A DNA stretch of 64,000 nucleotides, from the NCBI RefSeq assembly GCF_009914755.1, contig NC_060940.1; one strand, 5' to 3'. Of the stretch, positions 1 through 12,591 are shown piece by piece. How positions within the stretch are numbered: position 1 is the stretch's first letter; every line of letters begins with the position of its first letter. Source of the DNA: the human T2T-CHM13v2.0 reference genome, Homo sapiens. A model generated the notes under the pieces. The model saw only the letters and a program-made list of their open reading frames with translations, was not told the origin of the DNA and ran no database searches. A program made the translations under genes and the position numbers.

Positions 1-154
1 AAGAGACCAACATACATGTATTACTTCTTAAAAAAATCTTTAATGACTAGGAATGTATTTTAATATTGGTGATACCTAAATTTAATGCAATATACATGTC
101 TCTGTTGTTTTTTAGACCCAAGCTTTTTCTCCTTGAGATAAAGAATGATGCTCA

Positions 155-370
155 GGGTAGTGTAGCGGAGTGGTTATAGAAGAGGGCCCCGGAATCAGCT
201 TTCTGAGTTCTGACAGCTCTGTCATTTGGTACTCGTGTGACAATGGATCTCTGTTTCCTATTCTGTGAAATAGAGATACTAACACTTGTAAGGTGGTTGT
301 GATATGAGGGTGAAAGAATGCAACATAGCTATGTGTTTAATGGAGTGCCTGTCACACAGTAAATGCTGCT
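155..370 (+). mobile_element. MIR SINE, degenerate
   Basis: MIR core-like 'ctctgtttcctattctgtgaaatagagatactaac...gtgcctgtcacacagtaaatgct'. Confidence 0.7.
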
Positions 371-484
371 ACAGGGTAGGTGGTGCTGTGCTATTATGTG
401 GCATTATCATCATTTCCTTTATTATTAAATAGCAGAAGTTGGGATGGATTAGGAAGCAGACACTCAGAAAATATGGTGAGCTTA

Positions 485-954
485 TAAATGTTCTTTGGTG
501 CAATAAATTGTCACACAGTTGGTGGCTTAGCACGACATTTATTCTTTCACAGTTCTAGATGACAGAACTCTGAAGTCACATAGAGGTGCTACTGGGCCTA
601 TCTCCTTCTCAAGGTCCTGGGGGAGTGTCTCCTCCTTCCTCTTCTAGCTTCTGGTGGGTGCTGCCCTTGACTGGCTTGTGGCCACATCCCTGACTCCTTC
701 CAATCTATGTCCCCATCTTCACATCACCTTTTCCTCTTCTGTACACGTCTGATCTCCCTCTGCTCTCTCTTATAGGGACGCTTGTGATTGTATTAATATT
801 TCGGACCCACCTAGATAATCCAGAATAATCACCCCATCTGAAGATCATTAATTGAATCTCATCTACAAAGACCCTTTTCTCTCACAAGTTAACATGTACA
901 GACTACAGGGATTAGGACCTGATATCTTCGGGTGGCGATTATTCAGCTTAATAC
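485..954 (-). mobile_element. MLT1 (MLT1C-like) MaLR solo LTR
   Basis: Right end 'cagggattaggacctgatatcttcgggtggcgattattcagcttaataca' is the reverse complement of the MLT1B/C/D 5' end; typical internal 'ttcacagttctag...cttctagcttctggtgg'. Confidence 0.8.
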
Positions 955-2514
955 AGTGGGTTAGAAATAAAACTTGATTTTCCATTGTACAAGAATGGGG
1001 GTTTAGTCTTAATGGTTTTATCATGCCATGTACATAACCACTGTCAGTATCAGTGGGGGCGTTTTCTGAATCGTGGCTTTTGTTTTCTGTGAGCTCATTG
1101 CCCCCTTTCCCCTTTAATATTCTAGTAAAGCTTATTTTACAAAGAAAAATGCCTGCAGTGAAAAGCATTTCTTGATCATCTTTGGATCAATATGTAATAT
1201 TTATATTTCACTGAATCTTCATGCCGTGTTTCAGGTTTAGCTTCTGTGTCAATTTTGAAATGATCTGTGGTAAATTCCATATTGGAAAGACATGGGTCTC
1301 CTCTACTGACTTATTTTCTTCTTATTCCCTGAAAAGCCTTTCTTATCACCCCAGGAATTGTGGAGATAAATTTTTTCACTCATGAGGCATAATATAGTTA
1401 GTCGATGATATATTTGTTGTAAAAAACTCTTTTTCCATTGTAGTCCAAACTTAAATTTCCCTAGTGTTCATTTGCTTTCTCTATTTTCTAGTGCACTTAA
1501 AAATACATTTGCAGTCACGATTGCCTGGGTAAGTTATAAATCCTAGATATTAGAATTTTTATGCTTTAGAAATAATAAATGAGGGCTTACCAATTAAAGA
1601 TAAAAAATTACTTGACTGGGGATAGTAGAATATTTTATCAGTATTATTAAAATTTAAGGGCAGCTGAAATGCCACAGGAATCCTTGTACAACATTTTGGT
1701 TTAAAAAGTTGGCTTAAGGATAAGTTACATTCTTTTCTTCAATTTTACATCAAATAGGATATTATATAAATTTCTTAAAACAGAGCAGAAATCTTGTTGA
1801 ACTGAATCAAATGCAGAGCTTTTCTCCAGTTGTAGCCCTGTGGTTTTACTTTTTATGTTTGGAAATCACTTTTTTATGTATCTTGGGTCTCTAATAATTA
1901 CCATTATTACTTTATCAAAATAATGTTAATACCACACATGGAATAAATAACCTCATGTGATTTATTGTAAAACCAAGGATTTAAACAATTAATATATTTA
2001 ATCCATCAGCACATCTACTGTCTATGGATAAGTACATCTATTTTGTGGATGATCACAACAGGTTTTTCACTCTAATTTTTGGTTTTCTGTATTTTCTTCT
2101 TCTTTTTTTTTTTTTTTTTTAGTTCATTATTCTTTCAGCTCTCTGGTACCCTGGCTTCTTCTTTGTAGGTCATTGTGACTTCTTTGCAGCATCATCACAA
2201 TTCTCTATAGCTTGATAAATAACCTCTCTGGAAATTGATGATTGCTAGAGAATAGCACAGAATTCTAGGTAGGCACTGAAAAAATTATAAAATAAAATAA
2301 AAGATTGCCTTTTCAGAAGATGATCCTATTAGGAGAAGCAGAATTCTGTATCCTGCACAAACACAATTGATACCTAAGTAGTGTGCATTTTTAAGCAGTC
2401 ATTTGTGAAATGATGTGGACTTAATGGCAGATTAAAACAACTACCCGCTGGGCTGTTTCAAAAAACAAAACCCTCCAATTAAGATGGATCCATGAGAATG
2501 TGAAATCAATCTGC

Positions 2515-3050
2515 CCTAACATTGAGCACTTTCTGTGTGAAGGACACTCCACGAGTGGCATGAAATAGGAACGGAGGGGTTGAATATCATCTCAGTCCTC
2601 AAGAACTGTATAATCCAGAGCAGTGGTTCTCAATGGGGGACAGTTTTGCCCCCCGCCAGAGGACACTAGGCCATGCCTTGAGACCTATTTCACTGCTGCA
2701 ACCAGGGAGGCAGTGCTGCTGGCATTAGTGGGTAGAGGCCAGAGACGATGCTAATAATTCTCCAGTGCACAGCACCAGCCCCCACCACAAAGAATTACCT
2801 GGCTCAAAATGTCAATAGTGTTGAGATTGCAAAATGCTAGTGTGGAGTAAAGGGAAAAGCATGTGCAGAAAACAGTATTTCAAGGAAGTCATGATAGGTA
2901 CCAGCATATTTATGAGGGTTCAGTGGAAGGAAGAGATTCTCATGGGTTATACAGGGGTGGAATGGGGAGGTCAGACCTCATGCTAGACTTAGGAAGTGTG
3001 ATTTGCCTTGAAGGATGGGCGAGAGAGGGAGATCATGAGGGCATTTCATA
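2515..3050 (-). mobile_element. L2 LINE 3' fragment, split by MER20
   Basis: 'attgagcactttctgtgtg...cagtcctcaagaactgtataatc' resembles the L2 3' end in reverse. Confidence 0.5.
2621..2839 (+). mobile_element. MER20 (hAT-Charlie) DNA transposon
   Basis: 'cagtggttctcaatggggg...gtgggtagaggccagagacgatgct...caaaatgtcaatagtgttgag' follows the MER20 consensus end to end. Confidence 0.9.
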
Positions 3051-3710
3051 AAGAAAAATGGCAATACAAGAATGATATTCATAATTCTTAATGAAAAGTA
3101 CGCCACATACACTGACTTGCTGGAACAGATGTCTCATCAGTCAGAACAGAAATGCAATGTCACCCCATTGTTGGACATACAGGTCTCATATCAGCCTTGT
3201 GACAACCACTCTGTCTCAAGACTCAATCAGCTATCTTGTTAGAACTAGTTTTATGGTGAACTGGGATGGGCTTATTTTCTTGAAGCCCTTCAATAAGAAA
3301 ATTGGACTTTCCTGATACACAGAGTGGGCTGTGAAACCACCCACACCTTTTGAGTTAAGGAGTTTCCAAGAAAGTTTGTCATTCTACTTCCACCCACTTT
3401 GTCAGTGAATTTCTTAAAAGGATATTAAGTGTGTGATGGAATCTTATAGGCATGTCCCATTGGAGTTACAGAGCAAAGCCCCAGGACTATGGCTTTTGAC
3501 AAATGTGTCATCAAAATAAACTGGGTATTTCTAATGTGAGTCATTGGCGGTAACAGGATAGGAGAAGACTGTGATGATGAAGGCAGTATTTCAAGGAGTT
3601 TAATTCTGGGGCAAAATGCAGCATGATTTGGAATGAGAAGAAACCAAGGAAGACTTTTGAAAATTGTTTGGGTATAGGTAGTGGGGTCAGAAATTCAGAC
3701 ATACATTAGT

Positions 3711-4008
3711 GGTATGATTACTAAAGAATCAGTACCATCTAAACTCTCTCATCTTCTTTTAAGTGATTTGACAAAAAGGGGTAAGTGTATGGATTGATAT
3801 AAATAATCCATATACAATACTTGGCTCAGAGGATAAGTGGTTTTGGACTTAAGAAACATATGCTAAAGGTGTGATTATTAAAGGATCGCTAAAACTTAAT
3901 CTCTCTCATTTTCCATTTAGTGATCTGATAAAAAAAAAGTAGGTGATGTTATAGATTGAATGAAATATTTCACATGAAACACTTGGCCCAGTGTAAGAGT
4001 GGTTTGGA
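3711..4008. repeat. Ancient tandem duplication, period about 157 bp
   Basis: 3711 'ggtatgattactaaagaatc...ctctctcatctt...acttggctcag...agtggttttgga' versus 3868 'ggtgtgattattaaaggatc...ctctctcatttt...acttggcccag...agtggtttgga'. Confidence 0.7.
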
Positions 4009-4253
4009 AGCCAATAACTGGTATATTCCAGACCAATTAGCTAGCTGGAGCCAATTAACCATTAAGTTCTTCATTGTTATGAAGAAGGTAATACATTCTG
4101 TGGACTTTAAGAACTTCTGCTATAAGGGTTATAGGATGAAATGCAGGTAGGAATTGAGAACAGTGTCTGGAATCTTGTCAGTGTTAAATAAATGAATATA
4201 GTAAATGGTCCTTCAAATGTTTATCCGATATGTGCATTCTAATAGAGAAATCA

Positions 4254-4701
<448 letters not shown>

Positions 4702-4899
4702 TTAGCGGGCATTTGGAGGATTTTGTATCTGAGAGATCAGAGTAGGATTGACTGGTTTGGAAATCTTTGTAGAGGGGAGTTGGAAAGTGTTGGAAAGTAA
4801 TTTGCTACATCAGCTTTTAAGTATCTCCTGTTTATTGTTTGCATTTTTAACTTCATTTGGGCCTAGAAATGGCAAGGAAGCACCATTGAAGCCAAGAAA

Positions 4900-5255
4900 A
4901 ATGTATCAGACAGCTATTGCCACCATGGTTCTGTGTAACAAACCATCCTAAAGCATAGTTCCTCAGATAACTTTGCTTACTCCTGAGTCTGTGGATAAGC
5001 AGGCATGTGAGTGCTATGTGGCTAGTCCGGACTGGATTGTAGACTCCAAGATGCAAGTTGAGTTCACATCTGCCCTGGTGTCTTTCATCCTCCTTAGACC
5101 AGAGACTTCTTTGGACATTTTCTTCTCTTGGTGAATTACAGATGGACAAGAGGGTGAGGCCGATTGCAAAAGGGCATTTTAAGCTTCTGCTCACATCACT
5201 TCCTCTCACCTCTCATTGGCCAAAGCAAGTTATGTGGCCAAATCCAAGGTTAAGC
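4900..5255 (-). mobile_element. MLT1 (MLT1I-like) LTR
   Basis: 'cattggccaaagcaagttatgtggccaaatccaagg' and 'gcattttaagcttctgctcacatcac' are typical of old MLT1 LTRs. Confidence 0.65.
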
Positions 5256-6064
5256 ATCAACATAGCCACCATTAGGCTATGATACTGATGTGTTTTTTAA
5301 TACTACTTCAGGGAAGTAAAGAGCCAGAAGAACCACAGCGACATAAAAGGAAATTTTTCTGGGTGATGAAAAGTGCAAGATTTTGTGTGGACTTGTTGAT
5401 GGTACTGTGGCAGCCATCCTGTGGGCATGATGAGATGGCCAGGAGCATCACAGAGACACAGCTCTTGAAGCAAAGGCAGAAATTGCCTGTCTCCGCATTT
5501 GTTGATATTGAAGCCGTGAAGTCATGCTCTCTGTTCCTCACAGTGAAGGGCAAGACTAAGGACACCAGAGGGGTATGAGGAGGGAGAAAAGAAGAAGCTG
5601 AAACTGGACCTTGGGCTTCACCCACATTTGGAGTTATGGGAGTGGCAGAATGCCTAACATGTAACATACACTCTAGAAATGTTTGTTGTCTTGAATTGAT
5701 TTGAAGGAGTCAGACAGGCCGTGGTCTCTGTGTCTTTTTACATCTATTATTCCACTGCCAGGCCGTTCTCCTTTGCTCCCATCCCAGAGAAACCTGTATC
5801 ACCACCGGCATAATAATGACATTTCATTATTACGATCTGATACTCTAGGGCTGGTATCCAGCTGTTCTAAATAGAGCAGGTTTCTGTCAAAGAGGTTTCA
5901 CTTAGGACTAAGCATGACTATTCAAACTACTGCCACCTGGGGAGAAATTATTTACCGTTCTTCCTAGTTGTCAATCTCTAGATAGGTATGTTCTCATTAT
6001 TTTTTTTCTCCCTTCATCTTCTCTCATATTCACAAAGAAAAAAGTTTTGTGTTATTACAGAATG

Positions 6065-6266
6065 ATCTGATTTTAGCAATGAACTTCTTCTCTTGTTGGT
6101 TATTTTACAGTTAGATTCTTGGATGAATATTATTTCCATCTTATGCAATTAAGAGTGATCTCTCATCTGATTTCAGTGAGGAAATTCTTCTGTCGTTGAC
6201 CATTTTACGGTTACAGTCTTTGAGGAATTTTATTTCCATCTTATGCAATTAAGAATAATATCTCAT
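6065..6266. repeat. Tandem duplication, 100-bp period
   Basis: 'atctgatt...ttcttct...ttatttccatcttatgcaattaaga...tctcat' occurs at 6065 and 6165. Confidence 0.9.
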
Positions 6267-6638
6267 GCGGCATTAAATTGTTGGACTGTCTTTGAAATTG
6301 AAGACAGTGAGAAAATTCTAGCATGAGCATCACCTTTTTGTGTGTACGTAGCTTTTTGGATCTCATTACTTACAGTATAAAAAGGCAATAGTTGCTGCAG
6401 TTATATTTATAGTTGTTTATTCCTCATTTTTCTAATGGAACTTGTCAATTAGAATCAATGGCATAAAAGTTTTCTTGGAGGGGGCGTAACTTATGGACTA
6501 CTAACACTGCCTTTAGTTCAGTCTTTCTGATACTGTTTTTATGAGACAAACAATGATATGCTTGCCTTGTCTGTTGGCACCAAACCCCTTTGAAATGTAT
6601 GTTAGAATGTATTAAGGTTTAGGATGACTAATGGCTAG

Positions 6639-7142
6639 TGATGCAGGACGGGCAAGTCCAAAAGTTGGGGCTTAGCCTGGGAGGATTATTGGCTTCACCT
6701 GCAAAAGAATTCATGTGCAAGCAGATGGTGTTAGACAGCAGTCTTCTATTGAATGATATGGCTCCTTGCAGAGGAGGGCTAACTCATAGGCACTGAGCCC
6801 AGAGTTGGCAACATACGGGCTATTCACAACTATATTTACACTGACTTAGACCATTTTCAGTTACATGCAAATTAAGGGACAAGTTAATGCAAACTGAGGG
6901 GTGGGTTATTTAGAACTTTCCAGGAAAGGAACAGTAGCTTCCAGGTTGTTGTCATGGAAAGGGGTAGTAACTTCCAGGTGATTGCCATGGCATTTGTAAA
7001 CTATCATAACACTAGTGTCTTCTGCTAACGAGCCGTGAGGGTATCTGGGTATTGCTTTTATCACCATTTACTAGTTCCTGCCATTTTATTTTTACTTCAT
7101 CCTGTCAGGACCCAGAAATATGTCCTGCCAGTCTCCTACCTA
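6639..7142 (-). mobile_element. ERV1 solo LTR (MER66-like)
   Basis: Right end 'gtcctgccagtctcctacct' is the reverse complement of the MER66 start; internal 'atgcaaattaaggg' and 'ttgccatggcatttgtaaac'. Confidence 0.75.
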
Positions 7143-7539
7143 ACTAGGATTCTTGTAAGAAATAGTTGGCATAATGTGGAGTATAAACTTTAAGTTTTAG
7201 GATTTCACTGCCCCTTAGAATGTAACAAGTACAAATTAAAGGGCTTGCATAGGATTGCATGCTTTAAATTTTTCCAGAGAAAAGGCAAAAAGAGGTCTTT
7301 ATTATTATGATAATTTTATAAAATAAAGTGAATTGAAGCCATATGCAGTAGTGAGGATGTCTTAACAGAGTAGCCCTTTAATAGATTTGTGCATATTGGC
7401 TGGCCCAAGGGGTGGGCTATAGTGAGATCTGTACTTGTCTGCATAACGTCTGTTTTTTTTCCCCTCTGTCCTTGCATGGCAGCCAGGTGGTATAAGATTG
7501 CTGAGATAAATTCCAAGTATAGCATATCTTTACTCTAAG

Positions 7540-7697
7540 CTAGTGGTCAGCAAACTTTTTCTAGAAAGACCCAGGATTTTTGTGTTGTGGGCCGAACAGT
7601 CTTTCTTGCAACTACTTATTGTTTATTTGTGAAGTTTATTTACCAAGCTACACAGTGGGCTAGGTTTGCCTTGTGGTCATAATTCCCCAATCCCTGG
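7540..7697 (+). mobile_element. MER58A fragment
   Basis: Termini 'ggtcagcaaactttttctagaaagacccag' and 'gggctaggtttgccttgtggtcataatt...ccctg'. Confidence 0.6.
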
Positions 7698-7833
7698 TCT
7701 ACATTACATATGATAATCTCCAGGGACTCAGGCCTCTGCTCTCCTGAGCTGTGGTATTCTCCTGACCCACACAGATTTGTTAAGGAATAGGAAAGTAATA
7801 CTATGTGCACTAGTGAGGTATAAATATCTCTAG

Positions 7834-8341
7834 TACCCAAAGGATTATAAATCACTCTACTATAAAGACACATGCACATGTATATTTGTTGTAGCACTGT
7901 TCACAATAGCAGAAACTTGGAACCAACCCAAATGCCCATCAGTGGTAGACTTGATAAAGAAAATGTGGCACATATACACCATAGAATGCTATGCAGCCAT
8001 AAAAAAGGATGAGTTCATGTCTTTTTAGGGACATGGGTGAAGCTGGAAACCATCATTCTCAGCAAACTAACACAGGAACAGAAAACCGAACACCGTATGT
8101 CCTCACTCATAAAGGGGAGTTGAACAATGAGAACACATGGACACAGGGAGGGGAACATCACACACCAGGGCCTGTCAGGGGGTGGGGGGCAGGGGAGGCA
8201 TAGCATTAGAAGAGATCCCTAATGTAGATGACAGGTTGATGGGTGCAGCAAACCACCATGGCATGTGTATACCTTTCTGACAAACCTGCACATTCTGCAC
8301 ATGTATCCCATAACTTAAAGTATAATAATAATTTTTAAAAA
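7834..8341 (+). mobile_element. L1PA (L1PA7/8-like) 3' end
   Basis: End of ORF2 plus 3'UTR with G-rich tract, ending 'aacttaaagtataataat'. Confidence 0.95.
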
Positions 8342-8439
8342 GCTGTTAATCAAAGTTTTCTTATTACCAAGAAGGCTGTAGGAAGATACTACCATGCATT
8401 GCAGTGGAGATTTTCTTACATGAATATGATAACCACAAC

Positions 8440-8658
8440 TGCTGCAGCCACTTACCCACCTGCTTGGAGATGAAGCCAGTGCAGGTGAGGAGAGGAGCAG
8501 AGTGAAGAGGAACTTCTGAAGCTAAAAATATCTGCTAGCTTGTATAAATGCTAGAGTGCCCAGGGTTTCCTGTTATGTGCGACAGCATCTTTCATTGCCG
8601 TTTAATCAAGTCTGAGTTGGGCTTCTTGTTATTTGCAAGTACACATACCTCAGCTGAT
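8440..8658 (+). mobile_element. Old MLT1 LTR fragment
   Basis: 3' end 'tttaatcaagtctgagttgggcttcttgttatttgcaag...ctgata' is MLT1-like. Confidence 0.45.
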
Positions 8659-8721
8659 AGGGGAGAAAACAGAACTCCCGTGAATAAGATATTACTAGAA
8701 ATTTAGAGACATGGGACAGCA

Positions 8722-8858
8722 GAGAAGAGATGAGATGAAATTGGGAGACAGAGGGAGAGAGAGGCTGGTGGCTGTACAGTAAAGGTATTGAGAAGAGATA
8801 AGATGAAATTGGGAGACAGAGGGAGAGAGATGCTGGAGGCTCTACAGTAAAGGTATTG
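8722..8858. repeat. Tandem duplication, 68-bp period
   Basis: 'gagaagagat.agatgaaattgggagacagagggagagaga.gctgg.ggct.tacagtaaaggtatt' occurs twice with few mismatches. Confidence 0.95.
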
Positions 8859-9325
8859 GGATAATCTCCGTTGGCAGATACTAGAAGTCCTTTCAAGAGC
8901 TAGAGTATTAAACATCTAGTTCTGAATAGGGTGTGTGTCCAAGATTTAAAATTCCTCTGCAACTCCAAACTTCATTAAAGTCTGATGCCCTCACCAAAGC
9001 CTTCTTGGAGTAGTTGTAGATAAATAAAGGCTGAGATGCTGAGTTCCATTCTTGGGTAAGCCAGACCCAAATGAACGGGATTCCCTGTGAAAAGGGTGAG
9101 AGTTCAGGGGGTAAAGAATTAAAGCCACAAATTACTATGAGTGTGTAAATTCCTAGGAATTTGTGGACATGTTTGGAAGTATGCTAAACGTACAAAAAAA
9201 AATATGCATGACAATTACCTTTAAAACTCAGAAGACAGCTTCACCTTCGTTTCCAAGTTCATTATGCATTTCAAATGATCAGAACTAATAACAATTATGT
9301 TCACCATACAATATTAGATCACCTT

Positions 9326-9681
9326 TCATGGTTTGAATGGTTCCGCTCCAAAATTCTGGTGTTGCCGATGTGATAGGATTAAGAGGTGTGGCCATTCAGA
9401 TGCTATTAGGCCAGAATGGCTCCTCCCTCATAAATGAGATTAAGCCCATTGTACAAAGAGGCTTCTGGTAGCATTTGGCTCTCTTGGCCTTCTGCCTTTT
9501 GCCGTGTGAAGACACAGCATTCCTCTCCTCTGGAGGATGTAGCTTTCACTCAACAACTGAGCCTGCTGGCACCTAGGTCTTGAACTTCCCAGCCTCCAGA
9601 ACTGTGAGAAATACGTTTCTGTTCTTTATAAATTGCCCATTCTCAGTTATTTTGTTATAGCTGCACAAAATGGAGTAAGAC
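9326..9681 (+). mobile_element. MST (MSTD-like) MaLR solo LTR
   Basis: 'tggtttgaatg...ccaaaattc' start; end 'cttcccagcctccagaactgtgagaaatacgtttctgttctttataaatt...ttgttatagc...taagac'. Confidence 0.85.
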
Positions 9682-10194
9682 GCTATCTAAGATGAGTTAT
9701 CTTTAAAATATTTGGAAAAAAGACATAGTCAAGTTTTCTTTAAGATTTTTTATGTATTCTACTTCCCCTAATGATCTAGTTTCCTTCCCACCACCATGAT
9801 TAAATATTTTCTTCTAAACACAGTGAAAGCAGTAATTTTGTTGGTGATAAAGCAAAATATTTCTAGTAAGAACACAAGATGGACATCTGTAACTTTTGAA
9901 GTAGCAGCTGTAAATAATTTAAAAATTTTTTGAGATAATTTTGCACTTTCATAAGAGTTGCAAAAGTAGTCCAGAGAATTTCTGTATAGTCTTCACCCAT
10001 CTTCTCTGAATATTAACATTTTATATCACCATAATACAATAATAGAAACTAATAAGTTAGCATTAAGACCATGCTGTTAACTGAAATATATACTTCATTG
10101 AGTTTACAAGATTTTACTCCAGTTCTTTTACTCTTTTTCTCTTCCAGGATCCAATCCATTATTCCACATTGTTTTTAGTTGCCATATCACCTTA

Positions 10195-10880
10195 TGTCTC
10201 AGTCCACTCAGGCTCCTATTATGCTATTACAAAATACCTTACATTGGGTAGATTTTTTAAAAAGAAATTTATTTCTTATAGTTATGGAGGATGGAAAGTC
10301 CAAAATCAAAGCACCAGCAGATTCAATGTTTGGTGAGTGCTGGTTTCCAGAATCATAGATGGCATCTTGTTGCCATGTCATCACACGGTGTAAGGGTCAA
10401 GGTAGCTGTCTTGGATGGCGGCAGTGGCTGCTGCTGCCGCCGCCTCCGCCTCCTCCTTGTTCTCTTCCTTTCTCTTTCTCTTTCTCTCTCTCCTTCTCTC
10501 CCTCTCTTTCTCTGTCTCTCTTGCTCTCCTCCCTCCCTCTCTCCCTCTCTTTCTTTCTCTTTCCCTCTCCTTCCTTCCTTCCTTCTTCCTTCCTTCCTTT
10601 CTTCCTTCCTTCCTTCTTTGTTTCTCCCTCTTTCTCTCTCTCTCTCTGTCCTTCCTTCCTTCCTTCTCTCTTTCTCCCTCTCTTTCTCCCTCTCTTTCTC
10701 TCTCTCCTTCCTTCCTTCCTTCCTTCCCTCCTTCCTCTTTCTCTCTTTCTCCATCTTCTTCACTAATCCTGCACATGAGGGCTCTTGTCCCATGACCTAA
10801 TCATCTCCCAATACCATCACATTAGTGATTAGGTTTCAACATGTGAATATGGGGAGGGCACTAACATTCAGACCATTTTA
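10195..10880 (-). mobile_element. MLT1A0-like MaLR solo LTR with 5-bp TSD CCTTA
   Basis: LTR ends 'tgtctcagtcc' and 'aacattcagaccat'; CCTTA at 10190-10194 and 10881-10885. Confidence 0.85.
10426..10761 (+). repeat. Composite (GCT)/(GCC)/(TCC) repeat followed by a roughly 310-nt TC/TTCC polypyrimidine tract
   Basis: Seen directly; it is the source of the low-complexity ORFs at 10291-10800. Confidence 0.95.
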
Positions 10881-10965
10881 CCTTAGTTCCCTCCAGTCTG
10901 TGAATCTGTGACAATTCCTCAGGTTTTTTTTTTTTTTTTGATCTTTCATGACTTTGATACGTTTG

Positions 10966-11158
10966 ATCTTGCTTGCCATGGGATCTTGGGTGGGTCATAT
11001 AATATGTCCGAGTGTCAGTTTCCACATAGGTTTTACAGATATAATGGCATTACCTACACCATGTTTCTTAGATGGGGATTATATAAAGAAATCATTTTGG
11101 CTCAATGAATATGAGCTGTTTATAATAATTATTGTTATTAATTATTAATATTAATTTT
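10966..11158 (+). repeat. Local direct duplication (derived copy) of 12397-12591
   Basis: About 88% identical by manual alignment; interrupts L1MC sequence. Confidence 0.95.
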
Positions 11159-11610
11159 AGAATTTTTAAGGGGATATTTCTCAGCTCAGATTATCTGCTG
11201 TTTGACCCTGAGTAGAGTGAATTTATGTGTTCTTGGAAGGGATGCCACAAAAGTGATGTGTCCTTAGCAGATCACAATGGAGGGTCAACGATGTCTTTAT
11301 ATCTTATTACTAGTGATATTAGCCTTGATCACTTAGTTGAGAAGGCATTTGCCAAGTTTCTTCATGGTAAGATTGTTTTTAACCTTTGAACTTAAAAGTA
11401 GACTAATTTATTACTTTGATGGCCCAATGGTGATTTTCAATTTCCTCTCATGCCCTGTACATGTATTCATTGGAACACTTGTGTAAGGAAGCATTTTTCA
11501 TTCTCCTCCATTTATTCAGTATTTATATCATTATTGACTCAACATTTATTTTGAAGGTGAGCTATAATCTAAAACTGTCATTATTTATTTTTGTGGCTTA
11601 AATCATTCCA

Positions 11611-11710
11611 CATGGTATCCACAGGCTGGTTTCAGACTCGTGACCCTAAGCAATCCTCCCTCAGCCTCCTGAAACACTAGGAGTAGAGGCACAAGTCTCC
11701 ATGTCTGGCC
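11611..11710 (-). mobile_element. Old Alu monomer fragment (FLAM/FAM-like)
   Basis: 'caggctggtttcagactcgtgaccctaagcaatcctccctcagcctcc...tggcc'. Confidence 0.7.
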
Positions 11711-11711
11711 C

Positions 11712-12330
11712 CATTAACCTTTTTAGAGTGCACATTTCAGTGGAATTTAGCACATTCGTAATGTTATGCAACCGCTACCTCTATCCAGTTCTAAGACATT
11801 TTTATCACCCTAGAAGGAGACCCTGTATCCAGTAAGCAGTCACTCTTATTCCTTCTCCTCTGCCCCAGCCCTTAGCAATCACTAATCTGCTTTCTCTATG
11901 TATAGATTTTCCTTTTCTGGATATTTTATGTAAACAGAATCATACAGTATGTGGCTGTTTGTGTCCAACTTCTTACATTTAGTATAGAGTTTTTTTGAAG
12001 TTCAGCCATGTGGTAGCACGCATCAGTGCTTCATTCCCTTTTATGGCTGAATAACGTTCCACTGTATGGATAGACTATGTATTTATCTGTTGATTAGCAT
12101 TTGCATTGTTTTCATTATTTCCTTGACGTAAATAGCTGCTATGAATATTTATGGAGAAGTATTTGTTTGAGTACATGTTTTCAGTTCTTTTGGGCACATA
12201 CCTAGGAGTGGAATTGCTGGATCATGCAGTAGCTCTATGTTCAACTTACTGAGGCATCAGCAAGCTGTTTCCCACAGCAGCCACCCCATTTTACATTTCC
12301 ATCAGCAATGTTGGAGGATTCCATTCTCTT
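11712..12330 (-). mobile_element. L1MB (L1MB7/8-like) 3' end
   Basis: 'cactaatctgctttctc...ttctggatatttt...gaatcatacagtatgtgg...cctaggagtggaattgctggatcat'. Confidence 0.85.
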
Positions 12331-12369
12331 TGTAAACAAATTTCCTATGTTGTGCTTTCCTAAGGGGGC

Positions 12370-12591
12370 ACTGGAGTGAATGGCATCCTCTCCACCATCT
12401 TGCTTGTCATGGGATCTTGGGTGGGTCGTATAATTTGTCTCAGTCTCAGTTTCCACATGGGTTTTATAGGTACACTGGTAATACCTACCCCGTGTTTGTT
12501 ATATGAGGATTATATAAAGAAATCATCTTGGCTCAGTGAATATATTAGCTGCTTATAATAATTATTGTTATTAATTATTAATATTAATTTT
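12370..12591 (+). mobile_element. MIR-derived segment (donor of the 10966 copy)
   Basis: 'ctcagtctcagtttccacat...gtaatacctacc...tgaggattatat' is MIR core-like. Confidence 0.6.

Larger units (their letters stand above)
9920..11610 (-). mobile_element. L1MC (L1MC4-like) 3' region, interrupted by MLT1A0 and a templated insertion
   Basis: 'gagttgcaaaagtag', 'ttccaggatccaatcc', 'ttcatgactttga', 'ttgatcacttagtt...gccaagtttct' match the L1MC 3'UTR in reverse. Confidence 0.7.

Noticed and set aside
10291-10800. Several overlapping 126-169 aa ORFs
   Set aside because: They are open only because the TC-rich simple repeat lacks stop codons.
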